From Gekko japonicus (Eukaryota): a stretch of DNA of 64,000 nucleotides. The notes below the pieces were generated by a model. The model did no database searches. It worked only from the letters and a program-made list of their open reading frames with translations, and was not told the origin of the DNA. The DNA is taken from assembly GCF_001447785.1 (NCBI RefSeq), contig NW_015160208.1, forward strand, positions 357,655 through 421,654, read 5' to 3'. The translations under genes and the position numbers were made by a program. Positions 26,797 through 39,533 of this stretch are shown here, one piece after another (position 1 is the stretch's first letter; each line of letters opens with the position of its first letter).

Positions 26797-28431
26797 GGTG
26801 ATATATGAAGTAAACAGGGAAATGGCTGAGAAGCTAAATGCATTTTTTGCCTCTGTCTTCACTGTGGAAGATGAGAAGTGCTTGCCTACTCCAGAACCAC
26901 TGATTTCAGGAGGGGTGTTGAAAGACCTGAGTCAGATTGAGGTACGTCGATACCGGGTAAATTGGTGGAAACCATTATTAAGGAAAGAATTAGTAGGCAC
27001 ATAGATGAACAAAACCTATTGAGGCAGACTCAACATGGGTTCTGTAAGGGAAGATCTTGTCTCACTAACCTGTTAGTGTTCTTTGAGGGGGTGAACAAAC
27101 ATGTGGACAAGGGGGATCCAATAGATATTATTTACCTTGACTTCCAGAAAGCTTTTGATAAAGTTCCTCATCAAAGGCTCCTAAGTAAGCTCAAAAATCA
27201 TGGGATAGAAGGACAAGTCCTTTTATGGATCAAAAACTGGCTAGTTCATAGAAAACAGAGAGTGAGTGTAGGTGGGCAATTTTCTCAGTGGAGGGTGGTA
27301 AGCAGTGGGGTACCGCAGGGATCAGTACTTGGTCCACTGCTTTTTAACTTGTTCATTAATGATTTGGAGATGGGAGTAAGCAGTGAAGTGGCTAAATTTG
27401 CGGATGATACAAAGTTGTTCGGGGTGGTGAAAACCAGTGAGGATTGTGAGGCACTCCAAGGGGATCTGTCAAGGATGGGCGAGTGGGCGTCAACATGGCA
27501 AATGGGGTTCAATGTGGCCAAGTGCAAGGTGATGCACATTGGAGCCAAAAATCCTAAATATAAATACACATTGATGGGGTCTGAACTGGCTGAGACTGAG
27601 CAAGAGAGAGATCTTGGAGTTGTAGTAGATAACTCACTGAAGATGTCGAGACAGTGTGTGACTGCAATAAAGAAGGCCAATGCTATGCTGGGGATTATTA
27701 GGAAGGGTATTGTAAACAGATCAGCCAATATCATAATGCCGCTATATAAATCAATGGTGCGACCTCATTTGGAATACTGTGTGCAGTTCTGGTCACCACA
27801 CCTTAAAAAGGATATTATAGCTTTGGAAAAAGTGCAGAAAAGGGCAACTCGAATGATAAAAGGGTTGGAACACTTTCCCTATGAGGAAAGGTTAAAGCGC
27901 TTAGGGCTCTTTAGCAAAGAGAAACGACGACTGAGGGGAGACATGATTGAGGTTTATAAGATTATGCATGGGATAGAGCAGGTAGAGAAAGAGGTACTTT
28001 TCTCCCTTTCTCAGAATACATGAACTCGTGGGCACTCAATGAAATTGCTGAGTGGTCGGGTTAGAACGGATAAAAGGAAGTACTTCTTCACCCAAAGAGT
28101 GATTAACACACGGAATTCACTGCCACAGGAAGTGGTGATGGCTACAAGCATGGACGGCTTCAAAAGGGAATTAGATAAGCATATGGAACAGAGGTCCATC
28201 AGTGGCTATTAGCCACAAGGTATAGGTTAGGGGCTCTGGGGCAAGTGATGCTCTGTCTTCTTGGTGCTTGGGGGGGTCAACAGTGGGAGGGCTTCTAATG
28301 TCCTGGCCCCACTGGTGGACCTCCTGATGGCACTGGTATTTCTGGCCACTGTGTGAAACAGAGTGTTGGACTGGATGGGTCTTTGGCCTGATCCAACATT
28401 GGCGTCTCTTATGTTCTCATGTTATGTTCTT
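26797..28431 (+). mobile_element. Young CR1 LINE, 5'-truncated and internally deleted, with an open 353-aa RT frame
   Basis: ORF 26962-28023 with QHGF..GRSCLTNL, YLDFQKAFDKV, GVPQGSVLGP and FADD; (TTATGTTC)-like tail; probable TSD aaaataca. Confidence 0.95.
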
Positions 28432-29077
28432 AAAATACAAATAATATAGAAATTTATTTTGCCCATAGCACTAAGAACTTATCAATAGACCCATCTTTGT
28501 GGATTTGATCAGGCTCCTTCTCAGTTTAGTGCAAAAGTAATGGTAGCAGGAATCCACAATTTGGAGAGCTTTGGTGTGTGCTTCAACTACTACTAGGGCT
28601 GTGCTTTTCTGATACGATTGGTATAGCACAGGTTTCAACACTAGGGTCTTGGCCTTTTTGTTTGCAACTGTCAATTGATTTACAATTATGCAGGTCATAG
28701 TGTCATGTGTGCTAATGCAGCTACAGTGAATGGGGCTCAGCAACTTGTTAACGCCAGTTCCTGTGACTTTGACTTTCAGATCCCAACATTATTGCTTGTT
28801 TGAAGGCGTTTGTATTGGCAAAATATAAGGCTTAGCTAGATTATTTTCTTTTTCTCTTAAAAGTTGAATGTTTTCAAGCCTATGCTGTACTGATAAGTAA
28901 AGCCAATACAAAAATAATATTAATTCATTTGGGGGTTTGTAGATACCTTAATGCAGGGGTGTCGAACTCATTTGTTATGAGGGCCAGATCTGACATAAAT
29001 ATCACTTTGTCAGACCGTGCCGTGTGTGCCATGAAATGTAACACAAGATATTGGAGATATAAACTTTGTAAAGATGA

Positions 29078-29700
29078 TTTCAGATGCCAAATGGGAATAG
29101 GTGTGATTGGATTAGGTGTGATATATAGAGGCATGGAGATATCAGCATTGGTAATGAGACAGGAAACCTAGTTCTTAATTTGGTACAGGAGGATTCAGTC
29201 CAGGAGGATGCAAAGAATAAATGGAAATAAGTTTGAAGAAGTGAGCAGTGACGCACAAAAGCTCATACCCTACCACAATTTTGTTAGTCTTTAAAGGTGC
29301 TACTGGACTCTTAACTCTTTCTACCACTATTAGAAACCACAACATTAAAAAACCTGTGGGGGGACCTTTTAACCTTCCAGGACATTCAGTTGTTGACCTA
29401 AAAGTAGCAGTTCTATGACAAAGGAATTTCAAAGGGAGATTAGAAACAGAGACTGCTGAATTGCAACTGATTATGAAGCTCAAGACAATGTAGACTCTTG
29501 GACTGAATTGAGACCTAGGTTTCTTCTCTCATTACCAATGCCTGTTCTTGTCTTTTGGCATATGAAATCACTTCATTTTCCAAGATATAAGGACAAATGG
29601 ACTCACATTCCATCTGTATCTGAGGAAGTGAGCAGTGATTCATGAAAGCTCATGCCCTTCCACAAATTGTGTTAGTCATTAAGGTGCTGCTGTACTCTTC
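29078..29700. mobile_element. Penelope-like element fragments (GIY-YIG C-terminal region and pLTR-type repeats with hammerhead motifs)
   Basis: + strand NHNIKKPV..FNLPGHSVVDLKVAVL..RNFKGRLETETAELQLIMKL; gttagtctttaaggtgct terminal motif at about 29283 and about 29670; inverted segment at about 29078-29200. Confidence 0.75.
29616..29655 (+). ncRNA. Minimal type I hammerhead ribozyme motif (Penelope-associated)
   Basis: GTAT-CTGAGGA-A-GTGAG(cagtga)TTCAT-GAAA-GC-TC-ATGC; catalytic core intact, stems pair with G-U wobbles. Confidence 0.6.
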
Positions 29701-29819
29701 CTCCCTTTCACTAATAAGGAATGCAAGTTGTGCTGTTAGGTTTCTCTCCCCCCCCCAATCTGTTAGAAACAGAAGGGGGGATCTCCAAGTACTATGGGAT
29801 GGTCTCTCTCTCTCTCTCA

Positions 29820-30395
29820 TGCCTGGAATAAAACATTTTTTGGTCTTAAACAGAGGCCTCTTCCCCCCCATACCTGGAATAAAATGTTTTTGGGTCTAAA
29901 CACAGGACTCTTCCCCCCATACTTGGAATAAAACTTTTTTGGGTCTAAACACAGGGCTCTTCTCCCCCCATACCTGGAAATAAACGTTTTTGGGTCTAAA
30001 CACAGGACTCCCCCCCCCCCAATACCTGGAATAAAACGTTTTTGGGTCTAAACACAGAACTCTTCCCCCCCATACCTGGAATAAAACATTTTTAGGACTA
30101 AACACAGGACTCCCCCCCCCCCAACCGCAGNNNNNNNNNNNNNNNNNNNNNNNNNNNNNNNNNNNNNNNNNNNNNNNNNNNNNNNNNNNNNNNNNNNNNN
30201 NNNNNNNNNNNNNNNNNNNNNNNNNNNNNNNNNNNNNNNNNNNNNNNNNNNNNNNNNNNNNNNNNNNNNNNNNNNNNNNNNNNNNNAGGACTCTTCCCCC
30301 CCCCCCATACCTGGAATGAAACATTTTTGGGTCTAAAGTCAGGGCTCTCCCCCCACCCATACCTGGAATAAAATGTTTTTGGGTCTAAACACAGG
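29820..30395 (+). repeat. About 56-bp minisatellite spanning an assembly gap (N 30131-30286)
   Basis: Repeated unit ccatacctggaataaaacgtttttgggtctaaacacaggactcttcccc. Confidence 0.9.
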
Positions 30396-31357
30396 TCTGT
30401 CTTGCTGGCTGGCTGGCTGGCTCCCTCCCTGGTCTTCTGAAAAGTCCCATGAGATGCCATTTCCCTCCTCTCTCCCCAGAGGAGGAGGGGAAGGGGGGAG
30501 GAGCCCTCAGCCAATGTAGGAAAGTCTTGCTTTTTTTCCTCTTGAAGCAGGAAATAGGAGAGGCTGGGGAAAAGGAGCTGCAATATTACAAACAGGAACC
30601 AGGAAGCAGCACAGAGTCAGCTACTCTTGGGTGGGATTGTAGCCCTGCATGGCCGGATGCAGCCCACGGGATGTATCTTTGACACCCCTGTCTTAGTGTA
30701 TGTTTTGTTTCTATCAAAGAAGCAAAACACATTGGTTTTGTTGGAATCTAGTTTTGCTAAGGTTATTTATCTGTACATAATGACCACCGAGTGCTTTATA
30801 TTTGCAAAGCTCACTTGGTTTAACTCGTGACGTTAGTTGCACATGTAACAGCAGCATTCCTTAGACAAGTACTGAATGTTGGAAGGATGAGCTGCAAAGA
30901 AGTATTGGAATACAGAAGTACATTTCAGAAAACCTTGGGAGAACTATTTCAGCAATATCAAGTGGGACTCAGGAAGGGTGAGATTTGTGTGGGGGAAATG
31001 TTCCCTTTTAGATTAGCCAGCTCAGAAATAGAAGATCTTGAGAACAGTTTTGTAAACTGATTCTGCAGTATGCATGCTTGAAAAGCGAGTATCTTTTTGC
31101 GTGTGAGGGAGGGAGCCCTGCAGTCTGCAGATTTTTCCAGGAGGAGACATAAAGCTGCAGGTCTTACCAGTTGGCACTGCAAATGTGTAAATTGTATTCA
31201 AATGAGTTGTGTGCAGCTGGGAGAGTAATTTCCTTCAGGCTGCTATTGAGTAGGCTGCCTCAAAGAGATTCAGCTAGCCAAGAACATTTTGTACTGGTGA
31301 GGGGAAGAGTATCTTTAAAAATAAAGCAAAACTGTGAAAGTAATCTCTATCTTTAAG

Positions 31358-31429
31358 GTTGGCTGGATATTCACAGATCTGGTCTCTGAGGACACACGAA
31401 AGGGGACTGTCCGATACAGTCGAAACAAG
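31358..31429 (+). CDS. NPLOC4: NPLOC4 exon 10 (VGWIFTDLVSEDTRKGTVRYSRNK)
   Basis: ttaag|GTT...AAG|gtgaga, 72 nt; conserved VGWIFTDL motif. Confidence 0.95.
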
Positions 31430-32196
31430 GTGAGAAGCAAACAGTTTGGGTCATTTTCAGTTTATTTGGAATTTATATTACATCATACATGCTGATTTTG
31501 CCAAATAAAATCTTTCTAGAAAGAACATTATATGACGTTAAGCCATGTTGTTGAGGTTGGGGGTGGGTTTTGTTGTTGTAACTGGAATAATTCATGAGCC
31601 CATGGGGAATTTTGTGGGACTGTAAATTGCTTGTGACATTGACAAAGTTTTTGCATGAATGGAATGTGGAGTGGTTTGAAATTTGTCTAGACACCTAAAT
31701 ATGTGGCAGAGTGATTAACAGCTTTCTCTTTCCTTAAATAGAATTTCCTTAATTTTTTGTGTTTTTTTAAAGCATCCAGCAATGGTAATGCCATAAAATC
31801 TTTGTAATTTGTTTTGCTATCCAGCTAAATGTATCAGATAGCTTTTCCATATATGTACCTTCTTTCAGTTGAAGCCTCATCTTCCATGGCCAAAGAAAGC
31901 AGGCTGTCACTCTGCATGCAGTTGGTTTCCATCTAAGACATAGCCGCTTCTCATCATGTTTCTCTTAGCCTTTTGGAGGATATCCTAATCTCGTTTTTCC
32001 CCTGTCCTTGTATTCCTTATTTTTGGTCTCTTTTACACTTGTTGCTGTTTCCCAAGCCATGTACAGTTTTATTGTGATCTCCAACTAGCTCCTATTCTGT
32101 TGCCAAAAATGAATAGAATAGTTTGTCTTTTCACCCGCTTCTCCTGTGATGAAATTGAGAGACAAAGCCTGAACATCAAACAAACAGTAAAACTAA

Positions 32197-32475
32197 AGAA
32201 GAGAAGAAGAGGAGATTGTTTATACCCCGCCCTTCACTTGGAGTCTCAGAGCGGCTTACAAACTCCTTTCCCTTCTCCTCCCCACAACAGACACCCTGTG
32301 AGGTGGGTGGGGCTGAGAGAACTCTGACAGAAACTGCTCTTTTTCAAGGACAGCTGTGCCAGAGCTTGTGACTGACCCAAGACCACATCAGCAGGTGCAA
32401 GTGGAGGAGTGGGGAATCAAACCCAGTTCTCCCAGATTAGAGTCTGGACATTTAACCACTACACCAAACTGGCTC
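32197..32475 (-). mobile_element. tRNA-derived SINE (Squam3-like)
   Basis: Head gagccagtttggtgtagtggttaa on the minus strand with a (TTC)n tail; at least five similar copies in the window. Confidence 0.8.
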
Positions 32476-33208
32476 TTCATGTAATTTCCAAGCATTGACT
32501 TGTATTACCAAGGAAGGACCCATTGGTGAAATTAACCTTTCTGGGAAAGTCATTGGTTGGGCTGCAGCCCTCTTTTTGCCAGCTGCTATTTTTAATATCT
32601 GCCCAGTAAGAGTCAGTGGTCAGCATGAAGCCCCACACTAGATGTAGCATTCAAGACCCTGTTTCCCAGCTAGATTTTTGCTAGATCCTAGGCAATCAAA
32701 ACTTTCATAAAACTTAACGTGGATTTGCAAACCATGATTTGGATGTAACCCTGGTTACCACAAAGAACTTTCAGTAGTCATGGCTTTGGAGATAGATCAG
32801 CAACCAAATGAAGAGGCTTGAATTTATTTTTCTCTAACTTAGTTTTCCTGGTATGCTAGGAATTACTTGCTGAAACAAAAACTCTACACAAAACGCAGGT
32901 GTACAGCCTATGAATAAAGGCATTCAGACCCCCTTAAACTGGTGCTTCCACTATTCTGTAAGATAAAGACACATAGCTGCCTGCATGTGGAGTTGTAACA
33001 TATGTAATCTGATTGTGAAAATACGACTGAGTCATGTAGATTGCCTATGTCTCTAGGCTTTGGTAATTTCCCACCATGATGGTGAATTGTAAAGCTACTT
33101 TCTGAAATGAAGCCTTGATACTGGCTTCCATGGTGCAGCCCAGGGCAATGAATCCATCATTTTGCCTTTCATGTTCATCTTCTTCTCCCTCCTGCCTGCT
33201 TTTTTTAG

Positions 33209-33335
33209 GACACCTATTTCCTTAGTGCAGAAGAGTGCATCACAGCTGGGCATTTTCAGAATCAGCACCCAAACATATGCCGCCTGTCTCCAGATGGTCA
33301 CTTCGGATCCAAGTTTGTAACTGTTGTGGCAACAG
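33209..33335 (+). CDS. NPLOC4: NPLOC4 exon 11 ([42 protein letters not shown])
   Basis: tttag|GAC...ACAG|gtaaag, 127 nt. Confidence 0.95.
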
Positions 33336-36300
33336 GTAAAGAGAGAGAGAGAGCGCAGCAAAGTTTTTCAGGTTTCAAATCAGTCAAGTAAAGTAGTCTG
33401 TCTTTTGCCTTCTGTTCTGATTGCTGCTTTATACCTTTTTGAATGTAGCAAAATCAGTGTCTCCTTTCAGACATAACATTCCCAATTCTCCAAACTATCG
33501 TTTGGAATTCAGAAACGTACCATGGCCTTGCATGCTGCTTCTTCCCGTTTCCCCTTCCTAGTTTGTGTAACTGTAATCTGTTACAATGTATAATCATGTG
33601 AACTATCTTTCAACCAGAAAGTGCCTCCAAATTATATTTGAAATCTTGGTTTGAAGCGGGTTTGCATACCATGGTTTAGTGGTAACCCTGGTTACCACAA
33701 AGCACAGTTCGCCTTTTCTGGATGTCATGGCAAACCAGATGAAGAAGGCAGACTCCACATGTGAAAGGATGGGGTAGGGATGTGAACCTGTGACCTAGTC
33801 CCTTTTCTATAAACAATGAATTGAAGGATTGGTAATACAAGGTCTGAATTGAGTCTATAAAAGCTAAAGCAGTCAATTAAAAATCTCTGAAACTTTAACA
33901 GCGTCTGTCTTGAACTGCTTACAATCTGGTTTTACTAGATGAAAGTGCTAAGTGGTTGCACATTTGCTGTTAGGGCTTGTTAATGATAATTGATGATAAG
34001 CTACAAAGGTTGACCATCAAGTCAGCAGCTGGAGCAAATTTTTAGCCTCTGTGAAGGCAAGATTCCACCATTCATATAGTTAAGGGGAAAACAGAGCAGT
34101 AAACAAAAGCTGAGCAACCCTCTGTATTAAAGTGAGACAGTAGGTTGCATTCCATAATCCATCAGTGGAAGGCACTGGCAGAACTTTCTTGTGTTCCCTT
34201 CTCTTCAGCAGTGTTTTCCCACTCCTTGGAAATTTTATTCCTGGGGTTGCGGGACCCATGTGATCTAAAAGCCATGTAGTTTAGGTGGCTGCGATGGAGA
34301 GGGGTAAAGGGAATGCAATTGTCCTCTCTTTTGTCAGTGGACCTCTGCTGATGGAAGAGACAAAGTGATTTCATCCCTTTCCCTTCATCACTGCAGCCTC
34401 CCAGTCTGAGTCTATGTTGTTCATAATACAACTGTGTTATGTGGATGGGAGATGTGGCATAGAAGGTAGAGATCTGATAACAATTACAAGAAGAAGGTAG
34501 AAGGGCAATGGAAGAAAGAGTCCCTGAAATATGCTCATAATGCACGTTTTCCTCTTAGATCCAATTCACAGAACCCTTTTCCTTTGATGAAATGAGGGTT
34601 ACATGATAGAGTCTGAAACCATTCTGAACAGAGTCACTAGATTGCTGATCTGCCAGTAACTAAGAGGGGGGATAATCACTCAGCTTTTCAAGCAACTGGT
34701 GTACTATAATTTCATTACTCATTGCATCACCTACGTTTTGCTATACAAAAATGTGTTGTGTGAATTTCTCCAAGAAATATCTCAAAGGATCAAGTGAATA
34801 TGTGCATTTATTTTTAGTTTGTAAAACCAAAAGAGCGTTTCTTCCTCCTCCCTTTCTGAGATTTTCTGTTGGTGAGAGTATCCAGAGGTTTTAGTAGAAT
34901 TGTTACACATGGCATGCACATGGTCTCATAAATACTTGCTGTGGAAGCAGTCAATCTCTACCTTTGTTCCTCAGAAGCTTCTTTCTCTGGTTTAGGGGTC
35001 TATTACAACGAGGAATAAAATGTGAATGTGGAGCATTTTATTTAAAATATGTAGTCCCTAGGCTTTCTTTCCCTGGGAAAACCAAGGCATAGATATGTTC
35101 TTAAAGGTTTTAAAATAGCTTTTCTGTAAACCACTTGTGTGAATGGTATCACCTTATGGTTTCCTCCTGAATACCTTAAAAATTAGACCAAATGATACAA
35201 TTGTTCAACTGACGGAGAAGACAGAGATAGACAGGTTGAATTTGTGTGTGTGTGTAAAATTTTGTGTGCTTTTGCAGAGCTGTGTGTATCTGAGAATAGA
35301 AACTGTTTTTTGGAACGTCTGTTACAGATAATACCCTCTCCCCCTGGTTAAACCAGGGCCAGATATTTGGGCTCCATAATGTCTGTAAAATAAATGTGTA
35401 TGCATGATTTGTAATATTAAATTTTCATATATGTGTCTCATCAGCTCCAGTCTTCATAAATGCCACCCCCCTTTCCTATTTACATATGCTCAGTTTTCTT
35501 TGACATTGTGTCTCTGTCTCATGTGTAACTGGCTGATGCTTAAATTGCTCAAATTGAAAGCACTGTGATTGTGTCACCTGTGCAAAGAGCAGCTGCAGGT
35601 AGTCACTCATAATTTGTGTCACGCTTGTCCCTATCTATCCATTGCTGACAGAGATGCTCTATATTTGCGCACAGCTGACCTTGTTGCTAGACTAGCCTAA
35701 ATTAAATGAATTTGGAATAGTAAACACAATCCTCCTGCTTGATGCAATGAGGTAAATGCAGGGCAAATTTAAGTGGACGTTTGGGTTTGAGAACTGACTT
35801 TTGGGGATAGGGAGATTATTTTTTTTCCATGCTGAGCTGTGAAAATATTGCTGAAGAGTATTATGATGGCAAAATGTAGAACCTGGCTTAGCTTGTGTCA
35901 GGGTGACGCACTGCCAGTGGGCTCCATGCATTTTGAGTTTTTCTGATTCTCTAAGCTTTCCGTTAGAGATTTTGGCTTTCATAGTTGCAGAGAGACTTTA
36001 GAAAACAGGAGATCTGGAAAAAATATAACTGTTCAAATCTTAATTAGTGCATCTGGAGTATTAGTTAATAGATAGCAAACTCCAGTGTATACTGAAAACT
36101 ACTGCTTTTGATGTGCATTTAATCTGGAAAAATATTGAGGAAATTAAAATCCTGTAATCCTGTATACATATATCAATCAGCCTTCTTATTTATGTTGTGT
36201 GCCATACGTGTGTTGCTGCTGAAACAGTTGTAAACTTAGCCTGGGTTGGATCCTGCGATCCGTCAATGGAAGGTGCTGACGGTTGCATATCTTTCCTGCA

Positions 36301-36739
36301 TCCCCACCATCCATCTTTTCTGACAGTGGAGTTCCACTGACAGAAGAGGGGAGGAGAAGGCAGTTTCATCCCCTCCTCTCTGCACTTCCCAACCTACATG
36401 GTGATTAAATTGAACAAATCCTGCAACCCCATGATTAAACTTCTTTGGTCTGGAAAGGGCTTCTGAGGGGAGGGGAATATGGGATACAAGAAGGGGGCCC
36501 CGTGATACTCGTGGGGGGGGGGAGCTCCACGCGGAGGAGGAGGAAGCAGCTGCAGGTAAGCCTTCTCCCCCCTCCCCCAGCACCAACGGGGAGGCCCACA
36601 CGGCTTCTAGCTGCTGGGCCCACTAAGCCTTCTCCCTTGCCCCCCCGGCACCAATGGCGAGGCCTGCGCGGCTCCCAGCTGTCGGGCCTGCCAAGCTTTC
36701 TCCCCCCCCCCCCCCAAAGGGGGAGGGGGACAGCACTCT

Positions 36740-38095
36740 AATACAACAGTCAAACTAACTCAAATTAAATTACAACCACAAGCATAAATGAAATATATAA
36801 AATGAATATCAAATAGAGCATGCATGTAAAACCTGTTAAGTCCTGTAACAAATTTACATCTATTCATCTTTCACTAGGAGCTTTCTAGTCTAGTCTAGGA
36901 TTTGTTCAATTTGGCAAGTTTAGCTGTAACCTTGGGGCACCTACTTTCCAGAAGGTTCTTCAGCAATTGCATCTTTTGACTAGTTGAGGATAGAGTAGTT
37001 GTAGAGAGTGGGAGAATATCATGAAAGTGGCTATATGCCCTGCAGTCATATATAACATGCATTAAGGTTTCAATTCCGTCATTGCAGCAGCGACATAGAT
37101 GATCAGCAAGGTTTTTAAAAAAAAATTAAACCTCCCCTCTGTAACCGCTGAAGGGAGGGCATCCCACCTCATGAGGGTAAACGTTCTCCTTAACTCATGA
37201 TTTTCTAGATAAAAAAGATAGGGCATAGGCATATACAATGGTTCTAAGAGGGCTCGCCATTTGCAGGAGTTACTAAGATTATTATTATTACATTCTAAGA
37301 TACTCCTGTCTAGCTATGTCCTGGATTCTGTGTCTCACTAACTCTCTTGCTTTGTCATATGTGAGAGAGCTAAGAAATTGTTTTGAGAGGACAAGTTGAG
37401 AAAGTTGGGGGAACGAGCTCCTGGGGGAGATCCGGGCCCTGCGGGACCTTGCGCAATTCCGCAGGTCCTGCAAGACGGAGCTCTTCTGCCAGGCTTATAA
37501 GTAGGAGCCACCGCCGCCACTACCCCACCACCGCGGTAGTGTGTCATCGACTGCCCCCACTAAAGGAGGGTAAGCATTGCCTGGCAGGAGTTTACAGACA
37601 GGGTGTTGGAGACCGCGCTATCGAGATAGCTGGCCGCCAAAATTGGAGTGGTTGTTCCCATCATGGAAGAATTGACATAGGAAGATTACAGCACCGTGAT
37701 GTAGTATGGATTTTATTGTGGTTTTAAATGTTATTATTCTGTTATATTGTATTTTATATCTCGGCTTTGCCGCATGTGAGCCACCCTGAGCCTTTGGGAG
37801 GTCGGGATACAAATCAAAACATAAATAAAATAAAATGTATCCCATAAAATAACTCTAGAGACTGTGTCGAAGGCTGATTTAAGGTCAAGAAAGGCCGCAT
37901 AAAGGGATATACTTGACTTAGATGAATATTTGGTGATCAGGTGGTCCAAAACCATACAATGATCTAATGTGCTGCGACCTTTTCTAAATCCAGCTTGTTC
38001 GTCCACCATACAGAAATCATTTTCTAACCAGCCCCTTAATTTCTATAATAGATGATTTGCGTAAAGTTTGCTCACTATGCTGAGCAGGCTTATGG
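36740..38095 (-). mobile_element. Non-LTR retrotransposon fragments (RT plus C-terminal CCHC region; RTE-X-like), interrupted by an L2 3' end
   Basis: QAGFRKGRSTLDH...LYAAFLDLKSAFDTVSRVILW (about 37840-38009); minus-strand CRCCNDGIETLMHVIYDC near 37040-37100. Confidence 0.65.
37405..37836 (+). mobile_element. L2-clade LINE 3' end
   Basis: NELLGEIRALRDLAQFRRSCKTELFCQAY followed by a tgtgagccaccctgag...(TAAAA)n tail. Confidence 0.7.
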
Positions 38096-38923
38096 GTCTG
38101 TAATTATTAGGGTCTTCTGGGGGTTGCCCCAAATGTGCAGGAAAATCTCTGCCCCCAGGTGCCCCAGATGTGCGGATTTAGATATCCTCACACAGGGGGC
38201 GCCTTGGCTATTAATATATAGATATCTGTGATCCTTGTGTCTGTGGGTCACGGGCTCCATCTCCCTGCTTCGATTTTTAAACAAACCCCTGAAGCAAAGC
38301 AGATTGTTAACCAAAGTTTGCAAATGTTTGTATGTGGATGAGATTTTTAAAGTAGTATTCAGTGGCATTATTAGGCAAGACAAGGGCAATTGAAATGTAG
38401 CTAAGTCTCAACCATACCATGAAGATATAACATTTTTTAAAAAACGTGCAGTCTGTTAAAAATAGGCTAGCACTTTACATACCTACTCTACTGCCCTTAT
38501 TAGGCTGTTCTATGTATTTTTTTAAATTTCTCATACTAGACCTCAATATAAAAATAGCAAGGAAGCAGTTTGATAGCTGCTGCTCAGTGCTGCATGAATA
38601 GAAGAACCCAGTTAGCCACTATAAAACCATGTAAGCAAGAAAATTCATTATATCCAGAGATTTATGACAGAAAAACAAAGAGTCTATCTAGATGTCCCCT
38701 GAGGAAGGTATTGTAGTTGCCACCATTTGAAGTTTTGAAAGCCAAGACAGAATCTAGCAAAGAGTCTGCTGTGTCTGAGCTAGAACCTCTGGGTTTGATG
38801 TAGAGATTCCTGAAGAAATGATCTGCTTTTAGTTTATAAGTGCCGTGACGTTTGGAGCAACCTACAAGTGGTATACATCTGCTCTTTCCCTCTTTCGTTG
38901 CTCAAAGATATTTTTTTCCCCAG

Positions 38924-39084
38924 GTGGTCCTGACAACCAAGTCCACTTTGAAGGCTACCAAGTATCCAATCAGTGCATGGCCCTAGTACGTGATGAGTGC
39001 CTGCTGCCATGCCGTGATGTTCCAGAGCTTGGCTATGCAAAAGAATCCAGCAGTGAGCAGTATGTGCCTGATGTGTTCTATAAG
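38924..39084 (+). CDS. NPLOC4: NPLOC4 exon 12 (GGPDNQVHFEGYQVSNQ...EQYVPDVFYK), GC donor
   Basis: cccag|GTGGT...TATAAG|gcaagt, 161 nt; phase 0 joins exon 13. Confidence 0.93.
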
Positions 39085-39533
39085 GCAAGTATTGATAACT
39101 TGCTTCTTTGTTTGCATGTGGCTCTTGCCTCTTTCTGAAAATAGCAGTGATATGAAGATGCTTTTCTCTCTGTGCTGCTTCTCTCTGGGAATGAAGTAAC
39201 TCTTGCAAGCTCTACCCATTGTTAAGGACAGGAGGTTCCTTCTGCCCTGAAGGAAAGTGTAATTTTGGAGAGTTCTAGAGTAGGTTTATCACTATAAGTC
39301 TCTTATCCCCTTTCTAATCTCAGCACAGGCAGCAGTCTTTCTGGCTATTTCTCTCCTCTTGCCGGCTTTGGAAAGTATCTATGTGACTTACAGTGCACAA
39401 GAGTAAGATGTAATCACTGTGGCATATCCCATGCATACAACGAATAGTTGGCCTTCATTGTTCGTGATGATTCACTTCTGGGTTGAACTAATTCTGGAGT
39501 GTCACTCAAACTGAGATTCCCAAGTGATACAGT

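Larger units (their letters stand above)
28954..30690. mobile_element. hAT-type element containing Penelope fragments and a minisatellite
   Basis: TIRs CAGGGGTGTCGAA...TTTGACACCCCTG; imperfect 8-bp TSD ccttaatg / tcttagtg. Confidence 0.7.

Noticed and set aside
26962-28023. 353-aa ORF as a host gene
   Set aside because: It is CR1 ORF2 reverse transcriptase, 5'-truncated and lacking the endonuclease domain
29820-30395. Regularly spaced repeats that superficially resemble a CRISPR array
   Set aside because: Units are contiguous with no unique spacers, there are no cas genes, and the context is a vertebrate intron: it is a minisatellite
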